Of a DNA stretch of 55,636 nucleotides, positions 48,707-55,636 are shown piece after piece. Every line of letters starts with the position of its first letter. Position 1 is the stretch's first letter. Location: the NCBI GenBank assembly GCA_038211505.1, contig JBBQVO010000002.1:1-55636 (forward strand). Reading direction: 5' to 3'. The notes below the pieces were generated by a model that saw only the letters and a list, made by a program, of their open reading frames with translations, made no database searches and was not told where the DNA came from. The position numbers and the translations under genes were made by a program. The DNA is from Dehalococcoidia bacterium (lineage in GTDB: Bacteria; Chloroflexota; Dehalococcoidia; DSTF01; JACRBR01).

Positions 48707-49750
48707 CTACTGCGTTTTCGGCGGCGCATTCAGCGCCGTGTTCACGACGTCGACGATCCGCGTATGCACGGCGACGTCGTCATCGATCGTGCTGTGACAG
48801 AGTCCGGCGGACGAGACGTTCTCCTCGTGGATGTTGGTCTTGTCGGCCATGCCAAGCGGCTCGCCGATCTGGCCGCGCGTCGTCGGCGTCCCTTGTGCAT
48901 TGCGCGCGCAGACCTCCGTAGTCTGGTCTTGTTCGTTCAATTCGTATTGGTGGAAGACAGGCACGTGCGCCGGAACCGACGTCTTGTCGCCGGTGTATTT
49001 CAGTGTCACGCGATCGATGATCGCGACGTACGCAAGCTGAGCCGTAGGGCGATTCTTCTCGAGCCACGATGCGACGGCGAGCGCCGAGGTCGCGCCGTGG
49101 CTATGCCCGACGATCACGAGTCGCGCGCACCGATACGTGGTGAGCAGGCCGGATGTGATCTGCTCCAGCCAGTTCTCCATCGCCGTGTGCTGATTCTCTG
49201 CCGACTCCAGGTTCGGCGTCGAAACGAGCCCGACGGTCGTGAAGCCGCTCGACTCCGCCTTCTTGCGCAGCTCATCAACGAGCGTGCGAATCCCCTTCCC
49301 ATCCTGCCCGTCCGTCAATCCGTTGGGTGCCGCGCCAGTGATGCCAAGGATGATGGCGAGCTTCGGGAATGTCTCGCAGTTCGGAACCATCGCCGCAAGT
49401 GATTCGACGAGGAACTGATGCTGGTCGTTGTTGCAGCGGGTCACGAGGGCGATATCGACCCCACGCAGGATCGCTCGATCGTGGTCGTCCACGACCCGAT
49501 CGAGCGTGACATCGGGTTTTGCATCCGGTCGCCAGTCGCCGTCGTTGACTTTCCCGTCGTGATTCGTATCCAGGCAGTCGATCGTGATCGGACGAGCATC
49601 GGTCGCGGGCAAGACGGTGCCGATGGCCAGCGTCGGGACGGCGGTGGGAAGCGGCGGTGGCGTGGCGTCCGGCTGAAACGCCCGCCCGACGCAGGCGGAA
49701 GTCGCGAGCACGAGAAGCACCATGATAACGACGGCGCAGTGTCGGTTCAT
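48707..49750 (-). CDS. Lipoprotein with Ca-binding-like DxNxDG loop and alpha/beta-hydrolase domain
   Basis: Lipobox TSA-C, DTNHDGKVNDGD, VGHSHG, IID, C-terminal HSTID; ATGA overlap with the ABC gene. Confidence 0.72.
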   Translation of the reverse strand: MNRHCAVVIMVLLVLATSACVGRAFQPDATPPPLPTAVPTLAIGTVLPATDARPITIDCLDTNHDGKVNDGDWRPDAKPDVTLDRVVDDHDRAILRGVDIALVTRCNNDQHQFLVESLAAMVPNCETFPKLAIILGITGAAPNGLTDGQDGKGIRTLVDELRKKAESSGFTTVGLVSTPNLESAENQHTAMENWLEQITSGLLTTYRCARLVIVGHSHGATSALAVASWLEKNRPTAQLAYVAIIDRVTLKYTGDKTSVPAHVPVFHQYELNEQDQTTEVCARNAQGTPTTRGQIGEPLGMADKTNIHEENVSSAGLCHSTIDDDVAVHTRIVDVVNTALNAPPKTQ

Positions 49751-52071
49751 GAGGATCGCGCCCTCTTGTTGTGCACGAGGATCGTCGCGACGACGAAGAA
49801 GAGGGCCGTCTCGAACCCGAGCACGCCCCAACGCAGCAGCAGATCCGATGCATCATTGCCGTGAAAGCCGCGATATGGGATGCCCACCGTGATCTTGATC
49901 GCCTCGATCGACCAGCGGGTGATCGTGAAGTTCGAGACGAAGTAGCTGAAGCTCGACGCCAGGGGGCCGCCGACGAAGATGATCTGCGGGATCAGCACCA
50001 GCGGCACGAGGCTCTGTGCGCGATCGGCGTTGGAGACGGCAGCTGAGATCAGCAGCCCTAACGCTTCGGCCGCGATCGCCGTCAGAAGCAAGCCAATGTA
50101 CAACTCGAGCGGTCCGTACGTGAACTCACCGCGTTTCGGCACGTCGACCTTGAGCAGCACGACGCCGAGGAGCATCGCCACCTGAACCACGGCCAGCAGA
50201 CTCAGCACGGTCATCTTCGACGCCATGTACGGCAGCACGCGCATGCCCGCCTGGCGCTCGCGCGCGAACACGGGTAACTCACGCACGATCTCGCGCGCGG
50301 CGTTGATGGCGCCGAACCACGTCGCCGTTGCGGCGAGAATCAGTGGTAAGGCCGACGCTAGCTCGCCGTGTCTCAGCGTCCCCCGTATCTGGTCGATGTC
50401 GCTCTGGTCGGCAAGCGCGCCGAATTCGCTGAAGGCGTTGGAGCCAAAGACGAGGGCGAGGAGCAGGCCGATGGCCGGCGCCTGGAGCAGCAACAGTAGC
50501 AGGTTGCGGCGATCGCGCAGCATGATCTCGGCGCGGCGCTGGACCAGGACGGCGAACTGACTGATAAACGACTTGCGCTGGCGCCCCTGGACGCCGGTCA
50601 GCCGTGCGGGATCCCAGCTCACGCTATCGTCGAGGTGCTCGTCCGCCGGCAGCGCGCGGCGGCCGAGCTCCGACTCGCGGAAGCGCTGCTGCCACCACTC
50701 CGGCGTCTCTTCCGTTTCAACGCGCGTGTAGATGGCGTCGAGATCCGCCACGTCGAAGTACTCCAGCGCCTCCTGCGGCGACCCGATAAACGCCGTGCGG
50801 CCGCCGGACGCGAGAAAGATCATCCGGTCGCACTGCGCGAGGCTGGAGATGTCGTGCGTGACGAGGATCACGGTGTGACCGGCCTTCGCCAGCGCGTTCA
50901 CAACCTCCATCAACCGCAGCGTTAGCCCCGGATCGAGGCCGCTCGTCGGCTCATCGAGAAACAGCAGGCCAGGGTTGGCGAGCAGCTCGCTGGCGATGCT
51001 GACGCGTTTGAGCTGGCCGCCGCTGAGCTTGCGGATCTCGAGCTCCCGGACAGGCGCGAGTCCGAGCTCGTCGAGCACGCGGTCGACGCGGCCTCGCGTC
51101 TCATCGCGCGACACGTCCGACGGCAGGCGTAGGCGCGCCGAGTACATCAGCGCGCGTCCGACGGGCAGCTCCGGATGCACGATGTCCTGCTGCGGCGTAT
51201 AGCCGAACAGCGGCTGCACCGACTCGAAGCTCTCATAGAGATCAGTGCCGTTGATGCGCACGCGGCCGCGGTCGGGCGGGCGGACGCCGTTGAGCGCATC
51301 CATCAGCGTCGACTTGCCGGCGCCGCTCGTGCCGGCGATGGCGAAACGCTGTCCCGGCAACACCGACAGGGACACATCATCCAGGATGACCTTGCCGGCG
51401 ATCGTGCGGTGGAGGCCGGCGGCGTCGAGGCGCACCTTGAGGCGATCGTCGTAGCTGCGGATCGTCGTGCCGTCATAGACGAGGCGGTACGGGCCGATGC
51501 GGATCACGTCGTCGGGGGCCAGCGTGTGCCGAGCGATGCGCCGCCCGTTGACGAAGACGCCGTTCGCCGAATTCAGATCTTCGAGCTGCACGCCGCCATC
51601 GCCTGGCGCAATGCGTGCGTGCTGGCGCGACACGCGCAGGTCATCGAGCAGGATCGCAGAACCGGGCGCGCGGCCGATGAACAACGGCCGATCCTCGGCG
51701 GCTCTGACATCGACGCCCGCGACCGGACGCGCGGCCGCGAGCCGCGGATGGCGCTCGATGCGCGTGGCGTCGTCGTCCTGCGCGTACTCGATCGAGAGCG
51801 CGGGCTGTGTCGGCGAGCCGATCTTCAGCACGTCGCCGGGACGCAGGCGCGCGCTGCGCACTTCTTTGCCGTTGAGATACGTCGGGTTCGTGCGCGCGAG
51901 GTGGACGAAGCGGTACTCGCCACCCTCTTTCTCGAAGCGCGCCCAGCGGCCGGAGATGAACGGCAGCGCGATCATGACATCGTTGTCGGCGAGGCGTCCG
52001 ACGTTGACGGCGCTGCCCGCGACATCGAAGACCTCGCGGTACTCCTTGCCGGTGACAATGAGACGCGGCAT
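49747..52071 (-). CDS. Dual-FHA-domain ABC exporter (FHA-FHA-ATPase-permease, Rv1747-like architecture)
   Basis: VGR..NDV and IGR...VSRQHA...SANG FHA motifs, GTSGAGKS, LSGGQ, LDEPTSGLDP, C-terminal TM domain with ARER. Confidence 0.92.
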   Translation of the reverse strand: MPRLIVTGKEYREVFDVAGSAVNVGRLADNDVMIALPFISGRWARFEKEGGEYRFVHLARTNPTYLNGKEVRSARLRPGDVLKIGSPTQPALSIEYAQDDDATRIERHPRLAAARPVAGVDVRAAEDRPLFIGRAPGSAILLDDLRVSRQHARIAPGDGGVQLEDLNSANGVFVNGRRIARHTLAPDDVIRIGPYRLVYDGTTIRSYDDRLKVRLDAAGLHRTIAGKVILDDVSLSVLPGQRFAIAGTSGAGKSTLMDALNGVRPPDRGRVRINGTDLYESFESVQPLFGYTPQQDIVHPELPVGRALMYSARLRLPSDVSRDETRGRVDRVLDELGLAPVRELEIRKLSGGQLKRVSIASELLANPGLLFLDEPTSGLDPGLTLRLMEVVNALAKAGHTVILVTHDISSLAQCDRMIFLASGGRTAFIGSPQEALEYFDVADLDAIYTRVETEETPEWWQQRFRESELGRRALPADEHLDDSVSWDPARLTGVQGRQRKSFISQFAVLVQRRAEIMLRDRRNLLLLLLQAPAIGLLLALVFGSNAFSEFGALADQSDIDQIRGTLRHGELASALPLILAATATWFGAINAAREIVRELPVFARERQAGMRVLPYMASKMTVLSLLAVVQVAMLLGVVLLKVDVPKRGEFTYGPLELYIGLLLTAIAAEALGLLISAAVSNADRAQSLVPLVLIPQIIFVGGPLASSFSYFVSNFTITRWSIEAIKITVGIPYRGFHGNDASDLLLRWGVLGFETALFFVVATILVHNKRARSS

Positions 52072-52306
52072 CGCTGGTGCCCTCGGAGTGCCCACGCCGG
52101 CGGGGTGTGTAATGCTCGCTAGTATCCCACACTGCGAACCAATGTCGAGTGGTTGGGAGAGCATTTTGCCGTTGACAGCGCAGGATTCGGCGGTATGCGT
52201 CAAGCAGGGAGGACGCGATCTGGGCATCGGCGACCAGCGCGTGGGTGTGCGTCGAGCGCGCCGTCTGGACGTTCGTCGCGGTCATCAGTCAGTGGTGGCG
52301 GCCGAC

Positions 52307-52330
52307 GGGCGCGGGGAGCAGCGCCCCAAC
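52307..52330 (-). repeat. REP hairpin family D (GTTG variant)
   Basis: Minus strand GTTGGGGCGCTGCTCCCCGCGCCC, related to 54048-54070. Confidence 0.6.
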
Positions 52331-52442
52331 GATGCGATGCGCGGCATGCGTCGCGGCGATCCGGATGTGCCGGCGCAGGGACGAACGCGGTCGGCGGAGC
52401 CAAACGCGTGGACTCGGCGCGGCCTGAAGTCGCGCGAGGCGG

Positions 52443-53438
52443 CTATTTCTTGCTGGTCTTTTTCGCGGCGGGCTTGGCGGCCGGTTTCGCCGCGGTCTTC
52501 GTCGACGCCTTCGCGGCCGACTTCGTCGCGACTTTCGGCGGCGTGGGTGCCGGCTTCGGCGACGGCGGGATCGATGACGCGGGGACGCCGTCGCGGAACT
52601 GCTTCATCAGGTCGATGTTCGGCTTGTCGGGGCCTTTGCCGGCGCCATCGATCTTATAGCCGGGCACTTCCAGCAGGAACGGCACGTGCGCCAGACCCGG
52701 ATGCGTCGCCAGCGCGGCGAAGCCTTCGCGGCCGATGTGGCCCTCACCGATGTTCTCGTGCAGGTCGCGTCCGGCGCCGAGCGGCGTTTTGGAGTCGTTG
52801 CAGTGGATCGCGGCGACGTTCGTGAGACCGATCTCGCGATCGAGTTGATCGACCGTCGCGGCGACGGCGTCCGGCGTGCTGAGATCGTAGCCGGCGGCGA
52901 AGGCGTGGCAGGTGTCGATGCAGACTTTGGCGCGCGGGTTGTCGATGCGACGCAGGATCTCGCCCAGCTCGGTGAACTTGCCGCCGATGGTGTCACCGTG
53001 GCCGGCGCTATTCTCGAAGATCATCAGCGTCTCCGGCGGCGTCTCGTCGAGAACCTGCGTCGAGGCGTCGCAGATCTGCTCGAACACGGCTTCGAATCCG
53101 AGGCCTTTCGAGCTGCCGGTGTGAAAGATGATGCCGATCGCGCCGACGCGCCCGGCGATGTTGAGGCTGCTGCGCAATGTGCTCGCCGATGTCTTGAAGA
53201 TCTTCGCGTCGCCGCTGGCGAGATTCATCAGGTACTTGCCGTGGATGAACACGGGCCCGATGCCCGACGCCTCGTGCGCCTCGCGGAATCGCGCGACTTC
53301 GTCATCGTCGAAGCGGCCGGTGCCCCATTGTTGTGGCGCTGATTCGAACATCTGCAGGCATTCGGCGCCGATCGCCGAAGCGCGCTCGAACGCAGTGTGA
53401 ATGCCGCCGGCGGTGGAGACGTGAGCGCCGATCTTCAT
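52443..53438 (-). CDS. nfo: Endonuclease IV (AP endonuclease) with Lys/Ala/Pro-rich tail
   Basis: IGAHVS, HGKYLMNL, FHTGS, ENSAG, DTCHAFAAGYD, HCNDSK, DLHENIGEG, LE; AGGAG RBS. Confidence 0.95.
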   Translation of the reverse strand: MKIGAHVSTAGGIHTAFERASAIGAECLQMFESAPQQWGTGRFDDDEVARFREAHEASGIGPVFIHGKYLMNLASGDAKIFKTSASTLRSSLNIAGRVGAIGIIFHTGSSKGLGFEAVFEQICDASTQVLDETPPETLMIFENSAGHGDTIGGKFTELGEILRRIDNPRAKVCIDTCHAFAAGYDLSTPDAVAATVDQLDREIGLTNVAAIHCNDSKTPLGAGRDLHENIGEGHIGREGFAALATHPGLAHVPFLLEVPGYKIDGAGKGPDKPNIDLMKQFRDGVPASSIPPSPKPAPTPPKVATKSAAKASTKTAAKPAAKPAAKKTSKK

Positions 53439-53640
53439 GTCGTGAAATCTCCTGATCTTGTTCGGGTGATCATTCCATGAATCGCGACGATACGGAAGCG
53501 TTCGAGTGTAGGCGCGAACCTGTGGGTCGGGCGTCAGCGCGGTCCGCTCATTGGCCACCGTCGTGAATCAAGCACTGATCGCGCGCAAACCGCGCGGGCT
53601 GGAAAGCCCGCACTACAGTCGGTGTACATCGAGCACACAC

Positions 53641-53979
53641 TCAGATGTGTTGCCCGGGATGATCGTTGCGGGCGCGGATGGCGTTCGCGACGCGCTCGAT
53701 CGCGCGCCGCAAGGGCTTGCCGCCGACGACGGACGCGACCGCGCGCTCGTAGTCGTCGGCGGTGCGCGGCGTGCCTTCGATTGTGGCAATACCGCTGTCG
53801 AAGTTGACGGTCACGTGGCGGACGCCGTCCAGACCGCGAAGCGCCTGCTTCGTGCGGACGGCGCAGACGCTGCTACAGACGAGGCCGTCGACGCGCAGAC
53901 GCGTCACGTCGCCCGCCACCGACTCGATATGCGTCGTCGGATTCACCAGCGCGCGATGCCATTTGAATCGCGTCTTCAT
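53641..53979 (-). CDS. Heavy-metal-associated (HMA) domain protein
   Basis: LRVDGLVCSSVCA...ALRGLDGVRHVTVNF; TATACT 6 nt before ATG. Confidence 0.75.
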   Translation of the reverse strand: MKTRFKWHRALVNPTTHIESVAGDVTRLRVDGLVCSSVCAVRTKQALRGLDGVRHVTVNFDSGIATIEGTPRTADDYERAVASVVGGKPLRRAIERVANAIRARNDHPGQHI

Positions 53980-54047
53980 CAGCAGAGTATACCGGTGCAA
54001 AGGAGTCGCGAGTTCGCAGTGACGCGGCATTTGTCGCAGCCGGCGAA

Positions 54048-54070
54048 GGCGCGGCGAGCAGCGCCCCTAC
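54048..54070 (-). repeat. GTAG-type REP hairpin, family D
   Basis: Minus strand GTAGGGGCGCTGCTCGCCGCGCC. Confidence 0.7.
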
Positions 54071-54099
54071 GTCGCGAACAATGCTTCTGAAATGATGCC

Positions 54100-55251
54100 T
54101 TACAGCCCAAGTTCGCGGAGCAGCGCTTCGCGATGCTGATCGAGGGCGGGCGCCGGCGCGCGCGTCGCCGGATCATCGAACGCGGACATCTTCATCGGGT
54201 TGCCGGCCATGTGCAGCTCTCCGACGTCGGGATCCTCGGCGGTGACGACCATGTTGCGCGACAGCACCTGCGGATCGGACAGCACTTGTCCGACATCCTG
54301 GATGGGGCCGCACGGGATGCCGGCCTCTTCGAGGACACGCAGCCACGCGGCGGCATCGCGCGACGCGAGCGCGCGCTCGATCTCGATCTTCAGCTCAGCG
54401 TGATGCTCGGTGCGCAGCGCGTTCGATGCGAAGCGCGCGTCGGCGGCGACGTCGGTCGCGTCGAGTACGCCGCACAGTCGCGCGAAGAGCACGTCATTGC
54501 CGGCGGCGATGACGATGTGGCGATCGGCGGTCGCGTACGCCTCGAACGGCGTGATCGACGGATGGCGCGCGCCGATCGGGCCGGGCACCTCGCCCGTCGC
54601 GAAGTAGCGGGCGATTGCATTCTCGAGGATCGCCACCTGCGCATCGAGCATCGCCACATCGATCATCATGCCTTCGCCGGTGCGCTCGCGATGGTACAGC
54701 GCGGCGTTGACGGCGGTGGCGGTGAAGAGGCCGGCGGTGATATCGCCGACTGACGTGCCGACCCGCGTCGGCGGGCCGCCGGGATGGCCCGTCAGGCTCA
54801 TGATGCCGCCCATCGCCTGCACGACCATGTCGTACGCCGGTCGCTTGCTGTACGGCCCGCTCTGCCCGAACCCGGAGGTCGCGGCGTAGATCAGGCGCGG
54901 GTGTGCGGCGTGCAGCGCGTCCCAGCCGTAGCCGAGCTTTGCGAGCGTGCCGGCGCGGAAGTTCTCAGCGAGGATGTCGGCGCGCGCGAGCAGACGATCA
55001 AAGATCGCGCGATCGGCGTTGGACTTGAGGTCAAGAGCGATGCTCTCTTTGCCGTGGTTGAGCGACATGAAGTACGCCGATTTGCCGTCGATGAACGGGC
55101 CGATGTGCCGCGCGTCATCGCCGCGCCCCGGCGTCTCGACCTTGATGACGCGCGCGCCGAGATCGGCGAGCAGCATCGTGCAGTACGGCCCCGCCAGCAC
55201 GCGCGTGAGGTCGACGACGGTAATGCCGGTGAGCGGGCCTGTTACGGGCAT
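54100..55251 (-). CDS. Family III CoA-transferase (CaiB/BaiF)
   Basis: PLTGITVVDLTRVLAGP, LGARVIKVE, ENFRAG, SGFGQSGP, catalytic GD, LDQH. Confidence 0.95.
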   Translation of the reverse strand: MPVTGPLTGITVVDLTRVLAGPYCTMLLADLGARVIKVETPGRGDDARHIGPFIDGKSAYFMSLNHGKESIALDLKSNADRAIFDRLLARADILAENFRAGTLAKLGYGWDALHAAHPRLIYAATSGFGQSGPYSKRPAYDMVVQAMGGIMSLTGHPGGPPTRVGTSVGDITAGLFTATAVNAALYHRERTGEGMMIDVAMLDAQVAILENAIARYFATGEVPGPIGARHPSITPFEAYATADRHIVIAAGNDVLFARLCGVLDATDVAADARFASNALRTEHHAELKIEIERALASRDAAAWLRVLEEAGIPCGPIQDVGQVLSDPQVLSRNMVVTAEDPDVGELHMAGNPMKMSAFDDPATRAPAPALDQHREALLRELGL

Positions 55252-55381
55252 TCGCTGTCCTGTTGGAACTAAGATGGCTCGCGTATTGCGCGGACGATGC
55301 CGGTTCCACAGATTTTCACAGATGAATGGATGTGGCGGGAGTGGCGCTCGCCACTGCATTCCGCGAGAAGCGGAGGCGACT

Positions 55382-55553
55382 GTCATTCTGAGCGCAGCGA
55401 AGAATCTCTCCGGTGACACCAAACCATGCATCGCTTAAAGTTTCGCCTTGGTCGTCGACGTGTCGCTGCCGCTTTCCCGCAACAGCCAGCTGAGACGATG
55501 CACGATGTTGCACCGCCGTGTTCGTGATATCGGAGAGATTCTTCGCTGCGCTC
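55382..55553. mobile_element. Inverted-repeat element, copy 5 (right arm truncated)
   Basis: GTCATTCTGAGCGCAGCGAAGAATCTCTCCG ... CGGAGAGATTCTTCGCTGCGCTC, lacking the terminal AGAATGAC. Confidence 0.78.
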
Positions 55554-55636
55554 CCACGAAAATAGCCACGACGGCGGTGAGACAGGTTCGGATTTTGGCG
55601 CGCGAGCAGGGGGTTCGTGCGCGTGTTCCGGTGAGA

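Overview
High-GC bacterial chromosome segment with about 56 genes. Gene content and protein features (long GreA, expanded SDR/flavin/CoA enzymes, LPXTG and LCP proteins) suggest Chloroflexota, probably Dehalococcoidia; this taxonomy is inference. Housekeeping genes (rsmE, rsmG, greA, ybeY, msrA, cinA, pcrA, cysE-cysS, ispF, modBC, nfo, an OmpR-family two-component pair) are mixed with acyl-CoA metabolism and envelope/secreted-protein genes. I found no rRNA, tRNA, CRISPR array, integrase or transposase. The most striking signals are: (1) a 120-170 bp non-autonomous element with ~26-bp terminal inverted repeats and a conserved interior, tied to a GTAG-type REP hairpin and coexisting with several other miniature repeat families in intergenic mosaics; (2) many genes with a -10 box only 6-8 nt before the start codon, suggesting leaderless transcription; (3) GreA carrying an N-terminal domain resembling a tyrosine-recombinase core-binding domain; (4) an unrecognised multi-stem RNA structure in front of an Arg/Gly/Asp-rich disordered protein; (5) a dual-FHA ABC exporter translationally coupled to a lipoprotein hydrolase; (6) an AT-richer islet with a LuxR-HTH/metallopeptidase chimera and a sortase substrate. 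All calls were made by eye from motifs, without database searches.
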